Positions 20,311 through 28,858 of a stretch of 64,000 bases of DNA are shown here, piece after piece (position 1 is the stretch's first letter; each line of letters starts with the position of its first letter). The stretch comes from a virus, in IMG/VR virus record IMGVR_UViG_3300021963_004854, positions 32,001-96,000 of that record. One strand, given 5' to 3'. The notes below the pieces were generated by a model. That model saw only the letters and a list, made by a program, of their open reading frames with translations, ran no database searches and was not told the origin of the DNA. Both the position numbers and the translations under genes were made by a program.

Positions 20311-21128
20311 CAAACATTCCAATGCTCTAATAGGTCAGGGTCGACTAGCGATTCTTGTTTTACTTTACCTCTGCGGTCATCTTGGAATGGAAGTAAGTCT
20401 ACATTAAAGACACACAGAATACAATCTTTTCTATATTTACCAACCTCAAGATCGCCTTCGTGCCAGTTACGACCACGATTATATGAATACGCAAATGTGC
20501 TTGGGAAATGTCTCCAGAGTGGAGTATCACTAAAGTCACCCCAACGCCAACTGTGATAGTTATCAGTTCCATCTGTAAATGTGAACCAGATACGCTCTTG
20601 ATGTTCTAGAACATCCTGCCAAATACATTCTGTCTGATCATCTGACCAGACCATGCAGCTACCATTTGTATATGCGCCATGCGCCAACTTGAAGTTGCGA
20701 GACTTCATGGGGCGAGGGTCTTGCCACCATGACCGCAACTTAGTGGGATTCTCTAGGTCGTAAGTGATGATTGGCGACAAATCATTTTGTATGATAACAT
20801 CAAGGTCGAAAAAGACAAATCTTCCAGTGGGGTTATCGTCTGCGAAGTTGTGCGTATTGAAGATGAACGTCTTTGGTCTGTCCCAACAACGTGCCATGCC
20901 GTATTTGAAATCATCTGAACCAAACCAGTATTTCGGATGAATGTCGGGAATGTCTGGGAAGTCGATGACTTTAATTTCATTTTCAAATCCATCACTGTTG
21001 TCTGTATAACAATAGAAATGAAACTCAAAATTATCTGGTGTATGCTTCTTTGCCATCCGATATAGACGGTTGACAAACTCGGCATCATATTTGGTACCCC
21101 ATTTACAGCAAACGTAATTAACTCTCAT
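20310..21128 (-). CDS. Glycosyltransferase paralog 3
   Basis: CCKWGTKYDAEFVNRL, FYCYTD, FFDLDV, NGSCMVW, GTDNY, YSYNRG. Confidence 0.8.
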   Translation of the reverse strand: MRVNYVCCKWGTKYDAEFVNRLYRMAKKHTPDNFEFHFYCYTDNSDGFENEIKVIDFPDIPDIHPKYWFGSDDFKYGMARCWDRPKTFIFNTHNFADDNPTGRFVFFDLDVIIQNDLSPIITYDLENPTKLRSWWQDPRPMKSRNFKLAHGAYTNGSCMVWSDDQTECIWQDVLEHQERIWFTFTDGTDNYHSWRWGDFSDTPLWRHFPSTFAYSYNRGRNWHEGDLEVGKYRKDCILCVFNVDLLPFQDDRRGKVKQESLVDPDLLEHWNV

Positions 21129-21889
21129 TTCCATAATCCAATAATATTCTTATCTTTGCACTCTGACAATTCAACATGGTCTTTTGTAGATGGATGAGGA
21201 ACGTTATCAGTATTAAATACACAGATTTTGGCATCATCTCTAAACTTGAAACGTTCTACGTCATCTGGATGATAACGTCCTCTGTTCCAGGAATAAATCC
21301 AATGGTCAGGAATGTTTTTCCAGAAGTCTCTTTGTCGCCAGAAATGATAGTTGTCAGTTCCTTTGAAGAAAGTTTTGAAAATGATTTCGCTTTCTTCCCA
21401 AACATCATAATATATATGCTGACATTGACCGTATGACCATAGCATCATGCTAGAGTTATAATATGTGCCTCGGGTTTCAATAAAGAATCTTTCATCAAGT
21501 TGACCAGCTGGCTGCCAAAGACTATGAGCAATTCTTGGCTTTTTTGCCAGCTCATCAATTTCATCGATATTATTTTGAATAACAATGTCTAAATCAAAAT
21601 AGCAAAATTGATCTTCCGGTTCACAGTTAATCCATTCTTCTGAATTAAATACCAGAAATTTTGCTCGGTCAAAACAATATTCTTCTTTACCGAAATAATA
21701 TTTTGGATGCAGAAGGTCGTCATCTGGAATAGGAACGACCTCAATATTCTTATTAATCTTCTTTGCATCGTCTGTGTAACAAATAAATCTGAAATCTTTT
21801 GTATAATTCTTCTTTACCATCTTGTAAAGATTGTTCACATACTTTTCGGAATATTTGTCACCCCATTTGATTGTTAGAAAGTTCATCAT
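21125..21889 (-). CDS. Glycosyltransferase paralog 2
   Basis: TIKWGDKYSEKYVNNL, FICYTD, YFDLDI, NSSMMLW, GTDNY, YSWNRG. Confidence 0.8.
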   Translation of the reverse strand: MMNFLTIKWGDKYSEKYVNNLYKMVKKNYTKDFRFICYTDDAKKINKNIEVVPIPDDDLLHPKYYFGKEEYCFDRAKFLVFNSEEWINCEPEDQFCYFDLDIVIQNNIDEIDELAKKPRIAHSLWQPAGQLDERFFIETRGTYYNSSMMLWSYGQCQHIYYDVWEESEIIFKTFFKGTDNYHFWRQRDFWKNIPDHWIYSWNRGRYHPDDVERFKFRDDAKICVFNTDNVPHPSTKDHVELSECKDKNIIGLWK

Positions 21890-22544
21890 ATTTCTTGTCA
21901 TATCCTGGATAATAATCTAAACCATTGAGTAGACATACTGTATACTCTGGTCGGTATCTGTCTACAATTCTCTTTTCTGGGTCGTAGTAATCTGCTCCGT
22001 AAAGAAACGAATAAAACTCGCCCTTGGGAAACCACTTAAAATCAAAATTCTCATGCCATAAAAATCTATCGTCGCCCCAATACTTGACCATGTAATAGTC
22101 CATGTCTTTTTCAAAGTGTTCCCAAATCTCTTTGGCTTTTGGACTACCAGAGCGCCATAGAACGGCACTGGAGTTATAGTTACTCAAATATTGTTCGCTA
22201 TAAGACCTAGCATTTTTATCCACCCAACTTATATCTTTCCAATATGTATAGCATATAGTTGGGCGTTCGTCAAGATAATTCCATAGATGATCAATATCTT
22301 TTTGTATTCTAATGTCGAGGTCAAAGTAAAGAACATCACCCAAATCTTCTAGGCCATACATCCATATTTTAATAAAAGTACCGTCCACATCTTCTGGCAA
22401 AGGAATTACTTTGACTCTGGGATCGAGGGTAGTGTCATCGGTGATGCAGACGTAATTATACTTGCCATCCGTCGCTTCGATGATACGATCTACATCTTCT
22501 TTGGAATATTTTGTTCCGTATTTCAACATCAATATTGTTTTCAT
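21858..22544 (-). CDS. Glycosyltransferase paralog 1
   Basis: MLKYGTKYSKEDV, CITDD, YFDLDI, NSSAVLW, GDDRFL, YSF. Confidence 0.8.
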   Translation of the reverse strand: MKTILMLKYGTKYSKEDVDRIIEATDGKYNYVCITDDTTLDPRVKVIPLPEDVDGTFIKIWMYGLEDLGDVLYFDLDIRIQKDIDHLWNYLDERPTICYTYWKDISWVDKNARSYSEQYLSNYNSSAVLWRSGSPKAKEIWEHFEKDMDYYMVKYWGDDRFLWHENFDFKWFPKGEFYSFLYGADYYDPEKRIVDRYRPEYTVCLLNGLDYYPGYDKKYDELSNNQMG

Positions 22545-22558
22545 TAGTCATCCAAAAG

Positions 22559-22566
22559 TATAAATA
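22559..22566 (+). promoter_or_regulatory. Late promoter TATAAATA for the fibre cluster
   Basis: Exact consensus in the 49-bp divergent intergenic region. Confidence 0.75.
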
Positions 22567-22576
22567 AGAACATAAA

Positions 22577-22584
22577 GATTTATA
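22577..22584 (-). promoter_or_regulatory. Near-consensus late promoter TATAAATC for the GT operon
   Basis: GATTTATA on +; lies upstream of a GGATGA SD and the 22544 ATG on the minus strand. Confidence 0.5.
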
Positions 22585-22593
22585 AGGGTTCTC

Positions 22594-22923
22594 ATGGCAC
22601 AAGTTCAAAACATTTATATTGATCAAGGAACAACGTTCTCGTTTACGATTGCCGTTGCCGATCAATATGGCGATGTAAAGGATTTAACAGATTATGAGGC
22701 TGCCGCTCAAATGCGTAAGTCTTATTATACAAATACATCTATTGATTTTACCACAGACGTATCTTCACCGTTAGATGGTGAAGTTACTGTTAGTTTGACG
22801 GCAGAAGAGACTTCTGCAATCAAAGCAGGTAGATATGTCTACGATATAGAAATCACAAGCAGCGAAGAGACACTAAGAGTTCTCGAAGGTATTGTAGTAG
22901 TCAATCCGGAGGTAACTAAATAA
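22594..22923 (+). CDS. Small virion structural protein (Ig/BppU-like adaptor)
   Basis: NIYIDQGTTF, DLTDY.A.AQMRKSY, LTAEETSAIKAGRYVYDIEI, RVLEGIV.V.PEVT. Confidence 0.7.
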   Translation: MAQVQNIYIDQGTTFSFTIAVADQYGDVKDLTDYEAAAQMRKSYYTNTSIDFTTDVSSPLDGEVTVSLTAEETSAIKAGRYVYDIEITSSEETLRVLEGIVVVNPEVTK

Positions 22924-23138
22924 TGGCTATAAAAGTCACGGTTCCAAACAGCAAAACTATAAATACAAGCATAGTAAGTAAGCGTGGCGCTGCGGCTGTC
23001 CAATCTTTGGCAGATGTGGATGCAACCGGTTTGCAAGATGGATATACATTGATTTACAATTCAGAAACAAGAAAATGGGAAGCAGTAAATCCCGCAACCG
23101 CAGTAGCTCCCACAGCAATTGACGGCGGAACGTATTAA
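22923..23138 (+). CDS. Small fibre-associated protein
   Basis: LADVD...DGYTLIYN...KW; ends IDGGTY. Confidence 0.65.
   Translation: MAIKVTVPNSKTINTSIVSKRGAAAVQSLADVDATGLQDGYTLIYNSETRKWEAVNPATAVAPTAIDGGTY
22958..22965 (+). promoter_or_regulatory. Late promoter TATAAATA
   Basis: Exact consensus upstream of 23168. Confidence 0.55.
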
Positions 23139-23167
23139 AAATATAATAGTAAGAAAAGGAAAACAGA

Positions 23168-24847
23168 ATGTCAACTATTATTCAAATTAAGAGAAGTTCG
23201 GGTTCAACTGCCCCATCAACTTCCGATCTATTAGAAGGTGAAATGGCGTATGCAGAAGACGCAGCCAACAATGGTACCGCTGGCGTTCTGTATATCGAAT
23301 CCGTAAACTCTTCTGGTGGTGCTGTTATCGACGCTATCGGTGGTAAGAAATACACCGCCGCTGTTGATGGTGCTACAAACGCAAACACTGTATCAACAAT
23401 CGTAAAGCGCGATTCGTCAGGTAACTTCTCGGCAGGAACAATCACTGCCGATCTTACAGGTGACGTAACTGGTACAGTTTCATCTATTGCCAACCACGAC
23501 ACAGATGCTCTTGACGAAGGTTCAACAAACCTTTACTTCACAGATGCAAGAGCAAGAGGCGCAATCAGCGTTTCTGGCGATCTTTCGTATGACTCAGTAA
23601 CTGGTGTTATCTCATATACAGATGCCGGTGTATCTCTTTCTGGTTTCGACACAGATGATCTCTCTGAGGGAACGAACAACCTTTACTTCACAACTGGTCG
23701 AGTTGAAACTGCCGTAGACAACTATCTCGTTGGCGGAACAGGTATTTCCTACTCAGCCGGACAAATTGATCTCGACAATACGACGGTAACTGCTTCTTCT
23801 TATGGTTCGGCATCGGCTGTTGCAACTTTCACAGTTGACTCTCAGGGTCGTCTGACTGCGGCAAGCGATACTACTATTGATATCACTGCATCGCAAGTTA
23901 ATGACTTTACAACTGCGGCAGAAACTGCTATTGATGGTCACGTTACTGGCGGAACAGGACTTACCTACACCAACGGAACAATCGATCTAGACGATACCAC
24001 AGTAACTGCCGGTTCGTATGGTTCTTCAACTCAAATCCCAACATTCACAGTTGACGCACAAGGTCGTCTGACTGCGGCAAGTTATGAATCAATTTCTACC
24101 GATCTTGATATTGCGGGCGACACTGGCACAGATACAATCTCGCTTGCCTCGGAAACTCTGACTTTCACAGGCGGAACAGGCGTTACAACTTCGGCATCTG
24201 CTGGTGCGGTAACAATCGGCATCGGACAGGATGTTGGAACAAGTGCGGACGTTGATTTTGGTAGCGTTTCGACCGACACAATCAAGGACTCTGGTGGCAC
24301 AACCGCACTTACACTTGACGGTGCAAACGTTACTGTTGCTGGTAACCTAACAGTTTCGGGAACAACAACTACTGTTAACTCGACAACACTTACTGTTACT
24401 GACCCTCTCGTATTCGTAGGTAACGACAACAATGCAACCGACGCGGTTGACCTTGGTCTGTTCGGTATGTATGATACAACAGGTTCGCAAGACCTTTACG
24501 CTGGTCTGTTCCGCGATGCATCTGACGGCAAGTGGAAGCTCTTCAAGGGTCTACAATCAGCGCCAACAACAACTGTTAACACAGCTGGAACAGGTTACTC
24601 TGTTGCTACTCTTGTTGCTAACCTCGAAGGTTCGCTCTCGGGTGGTACAGTTTCCGGTCTATCATCTGCAATCGCAGTAGGTGACGGTGGTACTGGTGTA
24701 ACAACTCTAACTGCTAACGGTGTTCTGTTCGGTGGTGGCACAAGTGCAATCAGCGCAACCGCTGTTGGCACTGCCGGTCAAGTTCTAAAATCAAACGGTT
24801 CAGGCAATGCGCCTTCGTTTGGCAACATCGACGGTGGCACATACTAA
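23168..24847 (+). CDS. Tail fibre/appendage protein
   Basis: N-terminal IQIKRS..LEGEMAY; EGSTNLYFT and TFTVD.QGRLTAAS repeats; GNLTVSGTTTTVNS; ends IDGGTY. Confidence 0.8.
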   Translation: MSTIIQIKRSSGSTAPSTSDLLEGEMAYAEDAANNGTAGVLYIESVNSSGGAVIDAIGGKKYTAAVDGATNANTVSTIVKRDSSGNFSAGTITADLTGDVTGTVSSIANHDTDALDEGSTNLYFTDARARGAISVSGDLSYDSVTGVISYTDAGVSLSGFDTDDLSEGTNNLYFTTGRVETAVDNYLVGGTGISYSAGQIDLDNTTVTASSYGSASAVATFTVDSQGRLTAASDTTIDITASQVNDFTTAAETAIDGHVTGGTGLTYTNGTIDLDDTTVTAGSYGSSTQIPTFTVDAQGRLTAASYESISTDLDIAGDTGTDTISLASETLTFTGGTGVTTSASAGAVTIGIGQDVGTSADVDFGSVSTDTIKDSGGTTALTLDGANVTVAGNLTVSGTTTTVNSTTLTVTDPLVFVGNDNNATDAVDLGLFGMYDTTGSQDLYAGLFRDASDGKWKLFKGLQSAPTTTVNTAGTGYSVATLVANLEGSLSGGTVSGLSSAIAVGDGGTGVTTLTANGVLFGGGTSAISATAVGTAGQVLKSNGSGNAPSFGNIDGGTY

Positions 24848-24856
24848 TAAATTATA

Positions 24857-24878
24857 GGGGAGGGACTATTCCCTCCCC
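24857..24878 (+). terminator. Strong GC hairpin (terminator or mRNA stabiliser)
   Basis: GGGGAGGGA-CTAT-TCCCTCCCC perfect 9-bp stem; weak U tract. Confidence 0.55.
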
Positions 24879-24896
24879 ACATTTTGGAGATACATA

Positions 24897-25136
24897 ATGG
24901 ATCAAACTAAGTTCATCAATTCGTATATTAATAATTTGGCAGAGCAACTTAAAGCATCGACGCTTGACAACATCATGGTGAAAACCCAGTTGGCAATGGC
25001 AAACGAGACTGTAGCTGAATTGACAGCCAAGATACAGGAATTAGAAGAAGCATTAAAACTTGCATCTACTACTCCTACCTCAAACAAAGCCGCTAAATCT
25101 GACTGGGACGAAGGTACGTTTAAATCAGATGAATAG
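24897..25136 (+). CDS. Small coiled-coil protein
   Basis: GGAG SD; heptad-like helix. Confidence 0.65.
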   Translation: MDQTKFINSYINNLAEQLKASTLDNIMVKTQLAMANETVAELTAKIQELEEALKLASTTPTSNKAAKSDWDEGTFKSDE

Positions 25137-25146
25137 GACTTAGCAT

Positions 25147-25497
25147 ATGTCAACGGTCGTTCAAATTAAAAGAAGTGAAACTACGGGCGCCGAACCAGGT
25201 GCAAGTGATCTCGCAGTAGGCGAACTGGCCGTAAATCTTGAAGATAAGAAAATCTTTTCCAAGAAGACAGACGGCACAATAGTAGCATTAGGTGGCGTAG
25301 AAGTAAATGATGGCGGCGCGGCAACAAGCGTTGCTACCATCTCGTTTGCTGACACCGCGTTTAGTGATTTCGATGTAGATACAACTACCACGCCAGGCAC
25401 TGCGATCATTCGCCTCAACCAGCTAACAGACTTAGATTACGGCTTGATCACAGATGCGGTTGCAGCATACAATTCTGTAGATTACGGGAGCATTTGA
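25147..25497 (+). CDS. Fibre-module protein
   Basis: VQIKRSE..DLAVGELAVNL.D.KIFSK; ends DYGSI. Confidence 0.7.
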   Translation: MSTVVQIKRSETTGAEPGASDLAVGELAVNLEDKKIFSKKTDGTIVALGGVEVNDGGAATSVATISFADTAFSDFDVDTTTTPGTAIIRLNQLTDLDYGLITDAVAAYNSVDYGSI

Positions 25498-25498
25498 T

Positions 25499-25702
25499 AT
25501 GGCAGCTAGAGTAAAACTAAGAAGAGGCACAGCTTTACAACATCAAAGTTTTACTGGTGCCGAAGCGGAAATCACAGTAGACACAACGAATTGGTCTGTT
25601 AGAGTTCATGATGGTTCCACTGCTGGAGGCCATGAACTTTTAAAGACTTCATTAGATAACATAGAAGACGGTGCCATTCTAGATGGTGGAACATATAGCT
25701 AA
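25499..25702 (+). CDS. Stand-alone Mtd-N-like (major tropism determinant N-terminal-like) module
   Basis: VKLRRGT..QH.SFTGA..EITVDT...VRVHDGSTAGG; ends LDGGTYS. Confidence 0.7.
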   Translation: MAARVKLRRGTALQHQSFTGAEAEITVDTTNWSVRVHDGSTAGGHELLKTSLDNIEDGAILDGGTYS

Positions 25703-25726
25703 ATAGAGTGGGATTAGGAGATACAA

Positions 25727-26863
25727 ATGGCAACGATTTTACAACTTCGTAGAGGCACTACAGTCCAACACTCTAGTTTCACTGGTGCAGTTGGTGAAGT
25801 TACTGTAGATACAACTAAAGATACTGTAGTAGTTCATGACGGCACCACTGCGGGTGGCTTTGCTTTAGCTAAAGAATCTGCATTATCTGGATTTATTTCA
25901 TTGACTGCCCTTTCAGGCGGCACCGGTCTAGATTATAATAACACAACTGGCGTATTCGATATTGATAGCACCGTAGCTACAAAAACTTATGTTGATACTG
26001 CGGTTCAAGGCAAAGACAATACGGATGAAATCACAGAAGGCTCAACAAACCTCTACTTCACAAATGCTAGAGCAAGAGGCGCAGTATCGGTAACAGATTC
26101 CGGCGGCGACGGCTCACTTGCATATAATAGCACAACTGGCGTAATTACATATACTGGACCAAGTGCCTCAGACGTTCGCGCCCACTTTAGTGCAGGAACA
26201 GGCATCACTATTACTAATGGTGCGGTCGCAGTAGATTCTACAATTGCCACTAAAACTTATGCAGATAATGCCGCGACAACCGCAGTTGCCAACGTTATTG
26301 ATACTGCACCGGAAGCATTGAACACATTAAACGAACTTGCTGCCGCACTTGGCGATGATGCCAACTTCTCGACCACAATCACTACCAGCATCGGAACTAA
26401 GTTAAATTCTTCTGCGGTTAGTGCATTTGGCTTAACTCTAGTAGATGACGCAGACGCCGCCACCGCACGAACAACACTTGGTCTTGGCACCGCAGCTACA
26501 ACCGCTGCTACTGCTTACGCTACTGCCGCTCAAGGAACTAAAGCGGATGCTGCCTTACCGTCTTCAAGCGTAAGTGTATTTGGTCTATCTCTAATCGATG
26601 ATGCAGATGCCGCAGCCGCAAGAACGACATTAGGACTAGGCACCGCAGCAACTACAGCATCATCGGCATATGCTACCGCGGCACAAGGTGCTACGGCAGA
26701 TGCGGCTCTACCAGCAGCATCGTATACCGCCTCAGATGTTCTAACTAAACTTAAAACAGTTGATGGTGCAGGATCAGGACTTGATGCTGATTTACTAGAT
26801 GGCAATTCAAGCGCATATTTTCGTATTAATATCTATGACTCTGCAGGGACATTATTGAACTAA
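25727..26863 (+). CDS. Tail fibre protein with Mtd-N-like N-terminus
   Basis: LQLRRGT..VHDGTTAGG; APEALNTLNELAAALGDDANF; duplicated DDADAA.ARTTLGLGTAAT; DGAGSGLDADLLDG. Confidence 0.8.
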   Translation: MATILQLRRGTTVQHSSFTGAVGEVTVDTTKDTVVVHDGTTAGGFALAKESALSGFISLTALSGGTGLDYNNTTGVFDIDSTVATKTYVDTAVQGKDNTDEITEGSTNLYFTNARARGAVSVTDSGGDGSLAYNSTTGVITYTGPSASDVRAHFSAGTGITITNGAVAVDSTIATKTYADNAATTAVANVIDTAPEALNTLNELAAALGDDANFSTTITTSIGTKLNSSAVSAFGLTLVDDADAATARTTLGLGTAATTAATAYATAAQGTKADAALPSSSVSVFGLSLIDDADAAAARTTLGLGTAATTASSAYATAAQGATADAALPAASYTASDVLTKLKTVDGAGSGLDADLLDGNSSAYFRINIYDSAGTLLN

Positions 26864-26864
26864 T

Positions 26865-27107
26865 ATGACAACTGTAGTCCAATTAAAACGAAGTGAAACC
26901 TCTGGTTCTATTCCTAGTGCAAGTGATATTGCAGTAGGAGAACTTGCTGTAAATTTGGCGGACGGCGCACTATATTCAAAAAAGACTGATGGTAGTATCA
27001 TCGAAGTCGGTGGATATAATCCAGATTTTTTCACAGTACCAGAAACCATAGATTTGGGTGATATTGCTGGAGTCAATCCGACAACCTATGATATGGGTTC
27101 GTTATAA
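26865..27107 (+). CDS. Fibre-module protein, paralog of 25147
   Basis: VQLKRSE..DIAVGELAVNL.D..LYSKKTDG. Confidence 0.7.
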   Translation: MTTVVQLKRSETSGSIPSASDIAVGELAVNLADGALYSKKTDGSIIEVGGYNPDFFTVPETIDLGDIAGVNPTTYDMGSL

Positions 27108-27110
27108 ATA
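27103..27110 (+). promoter_or_regulatory. Late promoter TATAAATA for gp13
   Basis: Exact consensus 19 nt before the ATG. Confidence 0.8.
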
Positions 27111-27129
27111 GTCCTAAAGAGGACACGAT

Positions 27130-28098
27130 ATGACAATTTCATCTAGACAAGGACTAATCGATTACTGTCTCCGTAGACTCGGATTTCCAGTAATCGAAAT
27201 TAACGTTGATGACGATCAAATAGAAGATCGTATCGATGACGCTTTGCAGTATTTTCAAGAGTTCCACTTTGACGGTGTTGAGAGAGTATATCTCCACCAT
27301 CAAGTAAGTGGTGCAACGCTAAGATTTTCTGGTCTTTCTTCGCCCAGCTTTGAAGCAGGTGAAACATTACAGGGCGCAACTTCGGGTGCAACATGTAAAG
27401 TTATCTCTATAACTGGCACTACTCTATCAGTAAGTAAAGTTAGAGGAACATTTCAGGCATCTGAAACAGTCACGGGTGTAACATCGGGCTTTAGTAGAGC
27501 ATTGGCTCCATCGAATCCATATACTGCGGGTGACATTCAGAATGGATATGTTTCCATTCCAGATTCTGTAATTGGTGTTATTAGAGTATTACCAATCAAT
27601 GGTCCTAGCTCTGGTATGAATAATGCAAACAATATGTTTGATGTTGTTTATCAATTCCGTATGAATGATATGTATAATCTTTTGTCCGCGGACATGATTT
27701 ATTATACACAGATGAAGCAATACCTTTCGATGCTAGACATGCTTCTAGTGGGCGATAGGTCGTTTGCATATAATCGTAAGACTGACAAATTAGAAATTCA
27801 TTGCAACTGGGAAGATGTTTTTGATCCTGGTGATTACATTATTGTAGAATGTTATCGTATAGTGGACCCAAACACATATACACAAGTATATAATGACCGC
27901 TTTCTCAAGACTTATGCTACTGCGCTAATCAAAAAGCAATGGGGTGACAACATGAAGAAGTTTGGTGGTATGCAACTACCAGGCGGTATCGTCATGAATG
28001 GTCAACAAGTCTATGATGAAGCAGTAGAAGAAATTAGAATGATTCAACAGGACATGCAATTAAGTTCCGAGTTGCCAGTCGATTTCATGGTGGGCTAA
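27130..28098 (+). CDS. gp13: Neck protein gp13
   Basis: LIDYCLRRLG.PVIEINVDDDQIEDRIDDALQYF, YATALIKKQWG.N..KF.G.QLPGG..MNG. Confidence 0.95.
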   Translation: MTISSRQGLIDYCLRRLGFPVIEINVDDDQIEDRIDDALQYFQEFHFDGVERVYLHHQVSGATLRFSGLSSPSFEAGETLQGATSGATCKVISITGTTLSVSKVRGTFQASETVTGVTSGFSRALAPSNPYTAGDIQNGYVSIPDSVIGVIRVLPINGPSSGMNNANNMFDVVYQFRMNDMYNLLSADMIYYTQMKQYLSMLDMLLVGDRSFAYNRKTDKLEIHCNWEDVFDPGDYIIVECYRIVDPNTYTQVYNDRFLKTYATALIKKQWGDNMKKFGGMQLPGGIVMNGQQVYDEAVEEIRMIQQDMQLSSELPVDFMVG

Positions 28099-28102
28099 GA
28101 TT

Positions 28103-28858
28103 ATGCCTACAAACTTCTACTTTCAATCAGGAAATACATCTGGCACAACAAACGAACAACGTTTGTTGGAGGACCTGATTATTGAAAGCATGAAGATTTA
28201 TGGGCATGATGTTTATTATCTACCTAGAACAATTGCAAATGAAGATCCAATTCTAGGTGAAGACCCATTATCGTTCTTTTCTCAGGCATATCCACTGGAG
28301 ATGTATCTAGAAAATACCGAGGGCTTTGAGGGACAGGGCGAATTGTTGACTAAGTTTGGTTTTGAGTTTCGCTCGAATGCCACCTTTGTTGTTGCAAGAC
28401 GCCGCTGGGAAGAATCCGTTGGTAGAAATGCAGAGAATTTACAACTACCAGAGCGCCCGGCAGAAGGTGATTTGTTGTTCTTTCCGAAAACAAAAACATT
28501 CTTTCAAATTGATTATGTAGACTTTCTGAATCCATTCTACCAGCTAGGTAAGATTTATACTTATAGAATGTCTTGCTCTACATTCGAATTCAGTTCTGAA
28601 AATATTGATACTGGTATTTCAGAAATTGATGGTATCACGGATGGTAAGACGCAGGATTCTCTATCGTGGACTCTGCTAATGCAATCTGGTGATCGAGTAT
28701 TGACACAAACCACAGATGCAATAATTCAACAGAAATACGGAACAACGAATATTGACCCTCTAGATGATGCCAATGATTTTGAGTATGAAGCAGAATCCAT
28801 TCTAGACTTCACAGCATTCAATCCATTTGGCGAAGTGCAAGTTAGGACGGCAGCATAA
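28103..28858 (+). CDS. gp14: Neck protein gp14
   Basis: EQRLLEDLIIES.KIYG.DVYYLPR, EMYLEN.EGF.G, RPAEGDL.FFP, NPFGE. Confidence 0.95.
   Translation: MPTNFYFQSGNTSGTTNEQRLLEDLIIESMKIYGHDVYYLPRTIANEDPILGEDPLSFFSQAYPLEMYLENTEGFEGQGELLTKFGFEFRSNATFVVARRRWEESVGRNAENLQLPERPAEGDLLFFPKTKTFFQIDYVDFLNPFYQLGKIYTYRMSCSTFEFSSENIDTGISEIDGITDGKTQDSLSWTLLMQSGDRVLTQTTDAIIQQKYGTTNIDPLDDANDFEYEAESILDFTAFNPFGEVQVRTAA

Noticed and set aside
25499-26863. Diversity-generating retroelement suggested by Mtd-N-like domains
   Set aside because: No reverse transcriptase and no adenine-variant TR/VR pair seen in the window
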